A DNA stretch of 64,000 nt from a virus (IMGVR_UViG_3300033069_001603:1003-65002); one strand, 5' to 3'; positions 26,365 to 36,336 are shown, counted from the first letter of the stretch. Numbers and translations are program-made. Notes: generated by a model not told the origin, from the letters alone.

Positions 26365-27203
26365 ATTGTACCGTCGTATGCATTGCTTGGGTATTTTACA
26401 AGATCTGAGATAGGTTTAAGTTTGTCTTCTTTTAAGTATCCGTACATTCTTTTCATGTTCTCTGTTAGTTCAAGTAGAAAATGCCATTCTTTATTTCCAT
26501 ATAATTCGGAAATATCGTTTATTTTTTCTATTTGGCCTGTTTCGCTGTTATACTTTTTAATTCTGTTTTTATTTTGGGTATATATGTTTTTCCAGAGTTT
26601 TTGCGCATCAAGTGATTGTTCGTTATCTGATATAATAGACAATTTTAAATGTTCGTTGATTGTATAATATATACCAGTCATCAATCCTTTATTCCGATGA
26701 TTTACATCTACTTTAGATTTTTTAACTAAAAATGCTAAATCTCCTGTATTAGTATATGCGTAAACATAGCCTTTAGTCCACGCTATAACTTGATCTTCGA
26801 ATAATAAGAAAAAATATGTAACACCGCCTTTTTCAAATCTAAAAAGTGGAATTTGCATCACAGATGAAACTTCTTTAGACGATTCTATTTCTTCTTCTGT
26901 TAAGCCAAAATCGCTAATATCTGTTAAACCTACGCTATTAATTTCTGATAGGTTTATTAATTCTTTCTTTTCCATATTTGCAAGATCGCGGTAATAATAT
27001 AAATATTCGTTTATATGGTCTCTTGCTATCTCTGCTGCTATTTTTCTATCGAACGTATGCTCAAGTTCAACTTCTATACCGCGTATGATTTGATTTTTAA
27101 CAATCTCAATGGGTACTTTCCACTTTTTAGCTAATTGTTCAGGAGATGGTGTAGGTTTTCCAAACTCATCTGTTATTTCATATATTCGCATAGTATGACC
27201 CAA
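26361..27203 (-). CDS. Two-domain protein: GIEVELEHT/EIARDH helical domain plus GNAT-like domain
   Basis: GIEVELEHTFDRKIAAEIARDHINE..YY; HRNKGL...ISDNEQSLDAQKLW. Confidence 0.6.
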   Translation of the reverse strand: MGHTMRIYEITDEFGKPTPSPEQLAKKWKVPIEIVKNQIIRGIEVELEHTFDRKIAAEIARDHINEYLYYYRDLANMEKKELINLSEINSVGLTDISDFGLTEEEIESSKEVSSVMQIPLFRFEKGGVTYFFLLFEDQVIAWTKGYVYAYTNTGDLAFLVKKSKVDVNHRNKGLMTGIYYTINEHLKLSIISDNEQSLDAQKLWKNIYTQNKNRIKKYNSETGQIEKINDISELYGNKEWHFLLELTENMKRMYGYLKEDKLKPISDLVKYPSNAYDGTI

Positions 27204-27223
27204 TATTTCGTATATTTATCGGG

Positions 27224-27637
27224 TTATAATAGACTTTTTACAATTTTGCTAAATTCTGCGCCGTCGTATTTCCCTTCGTTTAAATCTTTCATATTTTTCA
27301 TTATTAGACCGAGATTTTTGCCGTGCTGCTCTATTAAATTTAAAGCAACAGAATTCATTTCTTCTTGTGATAGCTGTACGGGCAAATAACCAACTAAGAT
27401 TTTCTTTTCTTCTTCTAACTTAGTTACGTCTGTAGAATGCCCTATTGAAAAATCAATGTTTGATATGAATTTCTTAATTGTCGCTACAACTTCTGCTTCA
27501 GTTGATTCTCTATTTTTATTCTTGCCAATCATTGCCGCTTCAGAATACAATGTTGTTAACAGAGTTGCCTTTAAAGTATCTCTGTTTTTTCTTGCCTGTA
27601 ATTGGTCTTTCTTGATTTTTTCTAACATGGTATTCAC
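27224..27637 (-). CDS. GatB/YqeY domain protein
   Basis: IKKDQLQARK...YLPVQLSQEE...LGLIMK. Confidence 0.85.
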   Translation of the reverse strand: MNTMLEKIKKDQLQARKNRDTLKATLLTTLYSEAAMIGKNKNRESTEAEVVATIKKFISNIDFSIGHSTDVTKLEEEKKILVGYLPVQLSQEEMNSVALNLIEQHGKNLGLIMKNMKDLNEGKYDGAEFSKIVKSLL

Positions 27638-28060
27638 CTACAATAGTTTTAAATGGCTAGTAATAATGTCTATCTTATCTGGAAAATCCGGACCAATAGC
27701 ACAACAAGTTAAAGTCGGAACCCCGTTAAATTCGGTTAAACCTGCATCTTTAATTAGAGCAGACAATATATTAGCAGAACATGCTTTGTTATAAATATCA
27801 AGCAATTCTTCTTCGGATTCAACTGATAAACAAATTTTAGTGAACTTACCAGACAACCACTGCCCGAGAGGACTATCGTTGTCGTATACTAACGATAGCT
27901 CAGTTTTTGAACGATCTATTTTTCCAGATTCGATTACACTTTTTGATTCGAGTAAATCAAGTAATATTTTCATTGAGGCATGAGATGCTTGTGCGGCAAT
28001 TTTTCCTTTTCTCATGTTTAAATCTTTTCGGATTATTATTACTTGTTTTGGGCTGGACAT
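27638..28060 (-). CDS. Peptidyl-tRNA hydrolase, Pth2 family
   Basis: KQVIIIRKDLNMRKGKIAAQASHAS, DAGLTEF, CCAIGP. Confidence 0.95.
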   Translation of the reverse strand: MSSPKQVIIIRKDLNMRKGKIAAQASHASMKILLDLLESKSVIESGKIDRSKTELSLVYDNDSPLGQWLSGKFTKICLSVESEEELLDIYNKACSANILSALIKDAGLTEFNGVPTLTCCAIGPDFPDKIDIITSHLKLL

Positions 28061-28602
28061 TTTAGATCTCCAAATATATAAGGCATTACCTTAACCATAT
28101 TTCTTGCATCATCTATACCGCGGTGATGCGTGCCGTCTAAACTTAAATTACATCTTTGTAATGCACGGGCCATTCCGAATTGTTTTGAAAACCCTTGTTT
28201 TTTAGAAAATTCCACTTTTAGATTTATATGCTTGTATCCAAAAGGATATCTAATTTTATGATAATCGCAGTCATTGTGGAACTGTTTCTTATCGTATGCA
28301 CCCCAACTACAAAATACAGCCTCTGGGTGAATTTTAATCCAATCTTTGAATTTACCTAGGGCAGTAGGATAGGCATCTGCATTGTCTACGTCTGCTTGTT
28401 CTATGCTAGTTAATCCCCTGCAAAAATCAGTCAGAATGGGATGCCTAACCGGTTTAATAAACGTAGTAAATTCACCCAGAGGCTGAAATGTTTTGCCGTC
28501 AACCATCACTGCACCTATTTCGATAATCTCCATTTCATCTCTTGGGAATTCATCTTTGTCTGTGCATGTTGCTTCTAAATCTATTATTAAATAATTTGTC
28601 AT
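28039..28602 (-). CDS. DEDDh 3'-5' exonuclease (ERI-1/KapD-like)
   Basis: IIDLEATC, EIIEIGAV, WGAYD, HHRGIDDA. Confidence 0.9.
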   Translation of the reverse strand: MTNYLIIDLEATCTDKDEFPRDEMEIIEIGAVMVDGKTFQPLGEFTTFIKPVRHPILTDFCRGLTSIEQADVDNADAYPTALGKFKDWIKIHPEAVFCSWGAYDKKQFHNDCDYHKIRYPFGYKHINLKVEFSKKQGFSKQFGMARALQRCNLSLDGTHHRGIDDARNMVKVMPYIFGDLKCPAQNK

Positions 28603-28606
28603 TTTA

Positions 28607-29086
28607 TTATCCTTGTCCCCAATCGCTTTTTATTAAATTGCTATACTTTTTTAAATCTAAAACTAAACCGTAATCAACTGCCCATTTAAAATAAGAAGGG
28701 TATATTTTTTGTATATGTTCCCACGTTTTACCTTTATGCTTTCCTGCAGATGATAAAATAGAAGAAAGGTATATGTTGTATGATAATCTTATATCTTCTT
28801 TAGTTGGACCGTATTGGTGAGATTTAGGTATACTTCCCCTTACAAATTCATACTTCGGACTCATTGTTAAATTGTTAAATTCTTTAACTTTTTTGCCAAA
28901 GTGACAATCGCCGAATATTTTATCTACTGTTACCCATTTTACATTGTTTTCGGGTTGGCCGCCGTAACAACTTTCAAAAGAATAATAATCACTATGCCCG
29001 CCAGACATGGTGATTAAATGTAATGGTCGACACCAATCTGTTGATTGTACTGCATCGTCATCTTCTAAAATTTCAATAGATATCAT
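28607..29086 (-). CDS. Hypothetical protein
   Basis: C-terminal GKHKGKT..I..IYPSYFKW module. Confidence 0.6.
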   Translation of the reverse strand: MISIEILEDDDAVQSTDWCRPLHLITMSGGHSDYYSFESCYGGQPENNVKWVTVDKIFGDCHFGKKVKEFNNLTMSPKYEFVRGSIPKSHQYGPTKEDIRLSYNIYLSSILSSAGKHKGKTWEHIQKIYPSYFKWAVDYGLVLDLKKYSNLIKSDWGQG

Positions 29087-29215
29087 ATTGTTTTGCCATT
29101 AAGACATTAGAGCACTATAATATCGCAATTTCCAATTGTCAAGTGATAAATACTAATGCGTTAACAGCTTATGACAATAACGTCGTAGACCCAGAACGTC
29201 AAGGAGAATATTAAA

Positions 29216-30058
29216 ATGGGAAGACCTATTAAAGCCTCATATTTCGGATCGCCAAAAGGTACAGGTACAGGCGGCGAAGGCGTAGCAAGTATTGCTATTT
29301 CCGGCACAAACAACAACTATTCTGCAATACCAACAGTAACTATTGGTGCACCTAACGTAGCAGGCGGAACACAGGCTGTTGCAACAGCTACTATCGGTGC
29401 AGTATCTTTGGCTATTGTTGCAGGCGGATCAGGTTATACTGCAAACGATGTATTAACTATTGTCGGTGGTACAGGCACTGCAGGTACACTTACTGTAAGT
29501 ACAGTAGACGGCGGCGGTGCAATTACGGCGGCTGTTGTTACAACTTCAGGCGAATACACAGCTAAACCAACTAACCCAGTATCTGTTACTGGCGGTACTG
29601 GTACTTTGGCTACTTTTAACATTACTTACAAATTAAAAACTATTACTGTTACAACTGAAGGTGCAGGTTATACTTCTGCTCCAACTGTAACTACTGGCGG
29701 TAACGGAACTACTACTGCTACTTTAACAACTACTACCGGCAATGCTATTGCAGTGTCTGCATATGTAGTTGGTGGTTCTTCTGCTGTAGCAGGTGATATT
29801 ATATCTCAACGTGGTTCGCGTCAATACAAAGTTGCAACTGCACAAGGTACTAGTGTTTGTAAATTAGTCACTGGTGCACCTGCAGAAGGCGAAATGAACA
29901 TCGTTGCTACTTGTTCTGCTGCACATAGTAAGTATGCAAGTTCAACTTTCAATGTTGCTAAATTAACAAGTCGATTAGCTTATGACGTAGACGGTGCATT
30001 TTATAATTGGTCTTTTGATGCAGCCGCAGGCGATGTAGTACAGATTTCCAACGTTTAA
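29216..30058 (+). CDS. Gly/Thr-rich putative virion structural protein
   Basis: GxGYT repeats, strong SD (AAGGAG), upstream GATAAATA, own terminator. Confidence 0.65.
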   Translation: MGRPIKASYFGSPKGTGTGGEGVASIAISGTNNNYSAIPTVTIGAPNVAGGTQAVATATIGAVSLAIVAGGSGYTANDVLTIVGGTGTAGTLTVSTVDGGGAITAAVVTTSGEYTAKPTNPVSVTGGTGTLATFNITYKLKTITVTTEGAGYTSAPTVTTGGNGTTTATLTTTTGNAIAVSAYVVGGSSAVAGDIISQRGSRQYKVATAQGTSVCKLVTGAPAEGEMNIVATCSAAHSKYASSTFNVAKLTSRLAYDVDGAFYNWSFDAAAGDVVQISNV

Positions 30059-30072
30059 TCTAAGTAGTAATT

Positions 30073-30104
30073 AAAAGCCCGCACCTAATATGCGGGCTTT
30101 TTTT
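30073..30104 (+). terminator. Intrinsic terminator
   Basis: AAAAGCCCGCA-loop-TGCGGGCTTTTTTT. Confidence 0.85.
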
Positions 30105-30109
30105 ACGAC

Positions 30110-30137
30110 TTGACAATTTGGAAAAGTATGCTATAAT
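30110..30137 (+). promoter_or_regulatory. sigma70 promoter
   Basis: TTGACA-16-TATAAT. Confidence 0.7.
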
Positions 30138-30164
30138 TGTCCTATCTTACATGTAGGTCACGTT

Positions 30165-30473
30165 ATGCTAACCGAAAAACAAAAAGCACACCTTGTTATG
30201 TTAGGTTATTTTACCCCTGCTATTTATGCGAGCCCAAGAGACCACATGAAAAGGTCATTTGAAATAATAGAGGCATTTAAAGGTTTTAAAGTTGAGTTTT
30301 TTAAACATCGAATTGCTAACAATGAACTGTTACGTTTCAGGATAAACGACAATACAGTATTAACAATTAAAACATCATTAATCGTTCACATATACGAGAG
30401 AGATTCAGCAGATGTTGAAATCGAACGTATAGTTGCAATGTTAAACGCGAACATTCAAGAAGAGTGCAAATAA
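30165..30473 (+). CDS. Small LKLK-motif family protein (AHLxxLG variant)
   Basis: KAHLVMLGY. Confidence 0.6.
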   Translation: MLTEKQKAHLVMLGYFTPAIYASPRDHMKRSFEIIEAFKGFKVEFFKHRIANNELLRFRINDNTVLTIKTSLIVHIYERDSADVEIERIVAMLNANIQEECK

Positions 30474-30802
30474 TGCGCAACTTTGAAAAAGCACTAATTT
30501 ATGCTAAACTGCAAGGAACAGTCATAGCGGATGCCGAATTAGAATTAGAATTATTCGATTGTCTCAAATCAACATACGGTAATATTACATTTACCATAAA
30601 CGACGGACGAGTAAATTATATAATACACACGAAAGTAACAAAATTTGTTGAAATTCAAAGCGATTTAACCATTAAAGAAAACGATAATTTCCGATATAAA
30701 TATACAGCTTCGGTGTTGCCGGAAGGTCGATATATAAGAAAAGATTGCATGTGCGATTTGTTATTTGTTACGCGGGAGGTGTTAAATGTTATTCAAAGAT
30801 GA
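30464..30802 (+). CDS. Small LKLK-motif family protein
   Basis: IYAKLQG. Confidence 0.55.
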   Translation: MQIMRNFEKALIYAKLQGTVIADAELELELFDCLKSTYGNITFTINDGRVNYIIHTKVTKFVEIQSDLTIKENDNFRYKYTASVLPEGRYIRKDCMCDLLFVTREVLNVIQR

Positions 30803-30986
30803 ATTAGTTGATAAAATAAAAGAATCGGTTAGACTAAAATATAAAAACCCATACGCAGGTTTAGAGCTAAGAGATATGTCGATAAAAGATTTATACAAGG
30901 CACTTCTTTTGGGCGAAAAAGTAACATCATTTAAGTCTTGTGAAATTATAAACGAATTAGAACTCTGGCGAGCCTCACATGGCTAG
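30786..30986 (+). CDS. Small LKLK-motif family protein
   Basis: SVRLKYK. Confidence 0.5.
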   Translation: MLFKDELVDKIKESVRLKYKNPYAGLELRDMSIKDLYKALLLGEKVTSFKSCEIINELELWRASHG

Positions 30987-31290
30987 TAGAAAAACATACA
31001 AAAAGTTCGAAATGTCATTAATTTTGATGGCGGGTAAACTTGTTAAAACAACCATAACTAGAACATTTAAACTTTGTAACCACTTAAGGATACATAATCT
31101 AAACTATAGTATCAAGAAAAAAAATTGGATGTTCATAATGGTTAATGTTGAGGATTTTGAAATAGAGATAAGTACCTCATCATATAATAACTTATATTAC
31201 TTACATTTTAATAGTACATCAACTAGTTATTCAAGCTACAAAACTGTAGTTGAGAAAATCATAAATGAACAAAACAAACGTATATCTTAA
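30979..31290 (+). CDS. Hypothetical protein
   Basis: Coupled ORF; weak motif SLILMAG. Confidence 0.55.
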   Translation: MASRKTYKKFEMSLILMAGKLVKTTITRTFKLCNHLRIHNLNYSIKKKNWMFIMVNVEDFEIEISTSSYNNLYYLHFNSTSTSYSSYKTVVEKIINEQNKRIS

Positions 31291-31576
31291 ATTAAAAGGT
31301 TTTGATTTCGTAGATGATAATTACGACTGCGAAACTTTATTTAGTTTGCTGTCAACCCTAAACGATAAAAATATACCATACGAAGTTAAAAACTCAGAAT
31401 TATGCTTCGATAGATCGTATATTACATTTGGTGGGGCAAGATATGGACTAATGTATTATTATCGTTCTTCTCGCTCTCCTAATCCGCATTATTTAAATAC
31501 TATGCCGGCACTTTTATGCTATTCATATGAACTTAGTGTTATACTTGACAAAATATTAAAATACGAAGGGGTATAA
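31265..31576 (+). CDS. Small LKLK-motif family protein
   Basis: VYLKLKGF. Confidence 0.65.
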   Translation: MNKTNVYLKLKGFDFVDDNYDCETLFSLLSTLNDKNIPYEVKNSELCFDRSYITFGGARYGLMYYYRSSRSPNPHYLNTMPALLCYSYELSVILDKILKYEGV

Positions 31577-31578
31577 TA

Positions 31579-32013
31579 ATGTTTTATTTACTAGCTGCAT
31601 TAACTATTACAGCAATGTTATTTGTTTTCCTTACTCTTGTTATTGCATCACGAATAGTTTACGGTAAGAACATGCCGCCGAACTTTGCACTTAATTTATT
31701 TCTTAATTCTGGAAGTATTTACACTACAGAGGAAAAATCTTATTTTATATTTAATACTCCTTCTACTGTTTGCAAAACATATAATTACCCAAAAAGAAAA
31801 TATATGATATTTTTAGGGTGGCATGATAATCGTTTATATTTCTTAAAAAAAGCACAAATAGTCAGTTCTTTTAAAAACAGCCAAAAGGAATTTCAACTTG
31901 AAACCGAAGGCAAACCTTGTCGATTTTCCAAAGACCTTGCATTTTTAAAACTAAAATATGGCTCGTCAATATCGTCCGAATACAACGATAACGAAATAAT
32001 CAAGGCATACTAG
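31579..32013 (+). CDS. Membrane-anchored protein with C-terminal FLKLKYG motif
   Basis: N-terminal TM; DLAFLKLKYGS. Confidence 0.65.
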   Translation: MFYLLAALTITAMLFVFLTLVIASRIVYGKNMPPNFALNLFLNSGSIYTTEEKSYFIFNTPSTVCKTYNYPKRKYMIFLGWHDNRLYFLKKAQIVSSFKNSQKEFQLETEGKPCRFSKDLAFLKLKYGSSISSEYNDNEIIKAY

Positions 32014-32023
32014 AGGCAAAATT

Positions 32024-32500
32024 ATGGTTAATATGTTAGCGGCGTTCGTTATATTAATATTATCTATTATAGTTGTTATGGTTCTTTTTATAATTACGTT
32101 CTTTTTCGAAAGACGAAAAGATATTCGCCGGGGGAAAGACCCGAACTATACAATAAACTTAATGACAAATTTTAATAGCTTACATAACAGATTAAAATGT
32201 TATGTTTTTACAAACTCCGAAGCGGCAGGTTATACTTCATATGATTTTGGCAAAACCGACTACTGGGTAGTCTGCAGTAGTTATCACGGCAAATTCTATT
32301 TCTTTAAAAAAGTTCAGACAATTAGAAAAACAGTTGTAAAGCATAGTATTTTCGATTCAGAAGATAAAACTGAAATAGTAATACCGGGTATTACATCTCA
32401 ATTTGAAAAAGAAATAACACATATGCTTTTGAAATATCCTATATATTCAAAAGAAATAAAAGAAGACGGTATCGAACAATACTTTATATTTACAGATTGA
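32024..32500 (+). CDS. Membrane-anchored paralog of upstream gene
   Basis: N-terminal TM; shared PNYTINL, YFFKK, F.KEI..MLLKYP. Confidence 0.65.
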   Translation: MVNMLAAFVILILSIIVVMVLFIITFFFERRKDIRRGKDPNYTINLMTNFNSLHNRLKCYVFTNSEAAGYTSYDFGKTDYWVVCSSYHGKFYFFKKVQTIRKTVVKHSIFDSEDKTEIVIPGITSQFEKEITHMLLKYPIYSKEIKEDGIEQYFIFTD

Positions 32501-32536
32501 CTTTTTATTCTAATTACTGTATCATATTTATATTAC

Positions 32537-33115
32537 ATGCGCAGGATTAAAGAAATGATCAAGCATAAAACTGTTAGAAAAGCTGCACAGTTCGCAGCAC
32601 TTGCCCACTCTTCTATTGACCACAGGAGAAGGTATACTTTCGAGCCATATATTGTGCATCCTGCTTCTGTTGCTAATACAGTATCGTCTGTTACGGATGA
32701 TTACGAAATGGTTTCGGCTGCGTTTCTACACGATACAATAGAAGATGTACATTGGGTTACTTTGGACTTAATACGGTTAGAATTCGGAATTAGAATTGCC
32801 ACTTTAGTAGACGAATTAACCGATGTTAGTAAACAGTCTGACGGTAACAGAGCTGTTAGAAAAAACATCGATTTAAAGCATACTAAGTTAGCTTCGCCCG
32901 AAGCTAAAACTATTAAATTAGCAGATCTTATCGATAATACAAAATCAATTGTAGAACATGCTAAGAGTGGTTTTGCATATACGTACCTAAAAGAAAAAAG
33001 GTTGTTGCTTGATGTTCTCAAAGAAGGAGATGCAAGACTTTGGAACATTGCAAATAAACAACTTAAAGAAAGTATAATATTGCTTGACAAACAACATAAT
33101 ATGTTGCATAATTAA
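32537..33115 (+). CDS. HD-domain RelA/SpoT-like small alarmone hydrolase
   Basis: AH...R...PYIVHP, AAFLHDTIED, IKLADLIDN. Confidence 0.85.
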   Translation: MRRIKEMIKHKTVRKAAQFAALAHSSIDHRRRYTFEPYIVHPASVANTVSSVTDDYEMVSAAFLHDTIEDVHWVTLDLIRLEFGIRIATLVDELTDVSKQSDGNRAVRKNIDLKHTKLASPEAKTIKLADLIDNTKSIVEHAKSGFAYTYLKEKRLLLDVLKEGDARLWNIANKQLKESIILLDKQHNMLHN

Positions 33116-33118
33116 ATA

Positions 33119-33316
33119 ACACTAGGTAGACATGTCTTCGAGGTCGACGTTGATATGATGTGTAGGCAACAGACGATCCTATGTTCGGTGAGCCTTTAAG
33201 CGATGGCAATCAATGCCCATTAACAGGTCTAGAACTGGGGTAAATTGGTCAGGGCGGCAATTTTGCAAGAACCCTCTAAAGAAGGTACCATCAAAAAGGA
33301 GCATATGCTCCTTTTT
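33119..33316 (+). ncRNA. Candidate structured ncRNA
   Basis: ORF-free, GC-enriched, bracketed by TTGACA-17-CATAAT (33084-33112) and terminator. Confidence 0.45.
33293..33316 (+). terminator. Intrinsic terminator
   Basis: AAAAAGGAGCATATGCTCCTTTTT. Confidence 0.8.
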
Positions 33317-33376
33317 GTTTGACAAATTAAAATTTTTATAGTATTATTACTTTCCTTTGCTACGCGACTAAAAACG

Positions 33377-33904
33377 ATGAACATTAAAAAACATCTAATG
33401 AGTAGACATGTAGATTTAAACCTGTACAATGTGACTATTGACGATGTAGAAGGTACAGCTACCTTCCCGCTTTGGAATTTATCAGGTCAGATGGTAGGGT
33501 ATCAACAATATAGACCGTCTGCTACAAAAGAACGTAGGAATAACCCAAAGGATTCTAAATACTTCACAAAGGTATCGCCGGGACAAATTGGAGTATTCGG
33601 AGTTGAAACTTTAAATATGTCACCTAAATACCTATTCTTAGTTGAAGGAATATTTGATGCGGTTAGAGTACATAATTTAGGTTTCTCATGTATTGCAACA
33701 TTATCAAATAACCCCGTGCATTTAAAAAACTGGTTAGGCTGTTTAAACAGGCAAATATTCGGTATACTCGATTCAGACGATGCCGGCAACAAATTAGCAA
33801 AATACTGCAATAACTACTATAAAATAGAAGACGGTGACTTAGCTGATAGTACATCGGATACCGTAGTAGATGTGGTTTCAAAATTAATATTGACTACTAA
33901 ATAA
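33377..33904 (+). CDS. Small TOPRIM (primase-like) protein
   Basis: LFLVEGIFDAV and ILDSDDAG; upstream TTGACA-17-TATTAT. Confidence 0.8.
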   Translation: MNIKKHLMSRHVDLNLYNVTIDDVEGTATFPLWNLSGQMVGYQQYRPSATKERRNNPKDSKYFTKVSPGQIGVFGVETLNMSPKYLFLVEGIFDAVRVHNLGFSCIATLSNNPVHLKNWLGCLNRQIFGILDSDDAGNKLAKYCNNYYKIEDGDLADSTSDTVVDVVSKLILTTK

Positions 33905-33916
33905 AAAGGTAATAAC

Positions 33917-34090
33917 ATGAGCAAAGAGTGTAAAATCTGTAAGAAGGAAGTGTTACCGCTGGAAGCAGTAGAAGTGTATACTGTGGGGTGTTCCCACTAT
34001 GATGTAATAATTAACCAAAACATTTGTGTAGGATGTGGATATGTTGAAGAACAAAAAGAAAGTCGAAAGCCGATACATGCAATGCATTGA
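33917..34090 (+). CDS. Small Cys-rich protein (57 aa, not in track)
   Basis: CKIC...CVGC; SD AAAGG. Confidence 0.5.
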   Translation: MSKECKICKKEVLPLEAVEVYTVGCSHYDVIINQNICVGCGYVEEQKESRKPIHAMH

Positions 34091-34256
34091 AGCTGATGAT
34101 GTTGCAGTTGGTAAAATAATCACAATAGAAGATAAAATCGGTAAATTCATTGTACTTGAAATAACAAGGGCTCAAAGAGTTCGCGCCGAATCTTTATTTG
34201 ATAAACATATCGTATCGGTGTTACCTCGTAATTGCAAAGTCTGCAAGGAAAAATAA
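34077..34256 (+). CDS. Small hypothetical protein
   Basis: Coupled ORF, start moved to ATG 34077. Confidence 0.45.
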   Translation: MQCIEADDVAVGKIITIEDKIGKFIVLEITRAQRVRAESLFDKHIVSVLPRNCKVCKEK

Positions 34257-34257
34257 A

Positions 34258-36336
34258 GTGAAAGTAGAAAACAAATTAAATACAACCCTGCCGGAAAAAA
34301 TGCAAAACAATTCCGTAGAATTTGGAATTGAAATGACATCGTTTGCATTTGAGCAACTGTCGGGCAATAAACTGTATACGGATTTGCACGGTGCAATCGT
34401 AAGAGAGCTCTCGTGTAATTGTTACGACGGCCATGTATTAGCAGGCAACACGGCCGAACCTTTCTATTTGCATTTACCTACATATTCAGAACCGTATCTT
34501 GGCTTCAGAGATTACGGTGTAGGCATGTCAAAAGAGCAAATGGAAGAAGTTTATACTTCCGTTTTTAAATCAACCAAAAGAGACAGCGACGAGCAAATTG
34601 GCGGATTTGGACTTGGTTCGAAAACACCACTTGGCTACACTTCTAACTTTAGTGTATCGTCCTATCAAAATGGCATTCGCAGAGATTATACTGTATTTAA
34701 AAATGACAAAGGAATACCTTCTCTGTTGTTCTTAGTTGATGTTCCAACTACAGAAAAAAACGGCCTCGAAATAAAGTTGCCCGTAAAAATTAGCGATTGC
34801 GATTCTTTTAAACGTGCTGCACTTAAATATTTAAAACATTTTACAGTTAAACCAAATTGCAACGTTGAGTTAGTTTTCCCAGAGAAAAAATACGAAATGG
34901 AAAACATTATACCTGGGGTACATTTAAAATCTTACATAACATATGGAAGCAAACCTGTTGCAGTAGAAGGTTTTGTTGAATACAGCATAAACCCTGATTT
35001 ATTACCTTCTAAATATAGAACGTTACTTTGCCGAGATTTAGAATTGCATTTTGACGCAGGTACATTAAAACCTAATATGAATCGGGAATCTCTGTCATAC
35101 ACAGAAAATACAATAAATGCTATTACAAGACAGCTTGATAAAGTAATTGCTGCATTGCCCGGCAAAATAGACATTGAGTTGGGGAAATATTCAAGCGACT
35201 TTGAAAAATTTAATTATATTAATACTATAAAAAACGATAGTATTTTAAGTGATGCAAAAGCAACATGGATTAAAGAAAACCTTTCTTTTGTCGAAAACAT
35301 AGAATGTTATCACTCTACAATTGACTATATCATCGAAACAGAAGATGCCGAAGAAATCGAAATGTATGTTGCACAACGTAGAAGGTCAGTCAATACACTA
35401 GGAAGAATTAAAGCAGAAGTGTATCGTTTACCCATTACGTTTACATCATACATTGTATTTGATGATCTGGGGAAACATACTAAGAGTAGATTAAAAGATA
35501 ATGCCGATATGTTCGATTCATATTCTAAAATTGTACTCATAAAAGGAAAAAACGGTGCGGTTACACAATCCGAAAAAGAATATTGGATTAAATATTTTGG
35601 CAATATACCCGATTCAAATATTAAATACATTTCTTCTATGGAAAGAAAAAAACGTGATACTGCATATGTTTCGCGTTATAGAACTGATATGCTCGTTTTT
35701 AATAATGCTAACGGGAAGTTTGAAAATTCATACACCCAGTTGCCGGAAATGGAAGAAGACCAAATCTGTTATTATGTTCCGTTAAAAAATACTACGCCCA
35801 CTGTTAAAATCGATATGACGTTGATTTCAAGTCTATTTGCCCGTGCAATTAAAGAAAACGATGTAGGCGATTCGACTGTGTACAATCCAACTAAAATAAT
35901 TGGTATACGCGGCAACTCTCTTAAGGAAGTTTCCGCAAACGAACAATTTATTAATGTAGAAGGCGTAGTTAATACATACCTTAATACTATAGATTTGGCT
36001 AAACTCGAAAACACGAGGAACACCCAAGTTTTATATTCTGCGGGGAAACAATCGCAGTTAAAGATTCTATCAAAGCTAGGAATATTAGATAAAAAATATA
36101 TTAATATGTTATCGGATTACGAAGAGTATAATTTTTTATCCGGTGTAGTTTATTATATTGCCAATGTAAAAAATATTAGATATGTTGATCCGCCTCTTAT
36201 AAAAGATGAATTCGACAATATGGTTTCAGGTGTTATTAATAAATACCCGATGCTCAAACATACCATAAATAATTACTTAACAGATGATTTAGTACAGGAC
36301 TTAACTCAATATATTGAGCTAGTTAATCGTGAATAA
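34258..36336 (+). CDS. rIIA: rIIA-like protein (GHKL ATPase domain)
   Basis: LYTD...AIVRELSCN, RDYGVGMS, TKRDSDEQIGGFGLGSKTP; start GTG 34258 or ATG 34300. Confidence 0.85.
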   Translation: MKVENKLNTTLPEKMQNNSVEFGIEMTSFAFEQLSGNKLYTDLHGAIVRELSCNCYDGHVLAGNTAEPFYLHLPTYSEPYLGFRDYGVGMSKEQMEEVYTSVFKSTKRDSDEQIGGFGLGSKTPLGYTSNFSVSSYQNGIRRDYTVFKNDKGIPSLLFLVDVPTTEKNGLEIKLPVKISDCDSFKRAALKYLKHFTVKPNCNVELVFPEKKYEMENIIPGVHLKSYITYGSKPVAVEGFVEYSINPDLLPSKYRTLLCRDLELHFDAGTLKPNMNRESLSYTENTINAITRQLDKVIAALPGKIDIELGKYSSDFEKFNYINTIKNDSILSDAKATWIKENLSFVENIECYHSTIDYIIETEDAEEIEMYVAQRRRSVNTLGRIKAEVYRLPITFTSYIVFDDLGKHTKSRLKDNADMFDSYSKIVLIKGKNGAVTQSEKEYWIKYFGNIPDSNIKYISSMERKKRDTAYVSRYRTDMLVFNNANGKFENSYTQLPEMEEDQICYYVPLKNTTPTVKIDMTLISSLFARAIKENDVGDSTVYNPTKIIGIRGNSLKEVSANEQFINVEGVVNTYLNTIDLAKLENTRNTQVLYSAGKQSQLKILSKLGILDKKYINMLSDYEEYNFLSGVVYYIANVKNIRYVDPPLIKDEFDNMVSGVINKYPMLKHTINNYLTDDLVQDLTQYIELVNRE

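Noticed and set aside
12485-30104. Shared AAAAGCCCGCA...GCGGGCTTTT sequence as a dispersed mobile repeat
   Set aside because: Only two copies, both at gene 3' ends, fully explained as intrinsic terminators
33926-34253. CKICKKE / CKVCKEK echo at the ends of two small neighbouring ORFs
   Set aside because: Too short to separate from chance or a tiny local duplication; no further similarity
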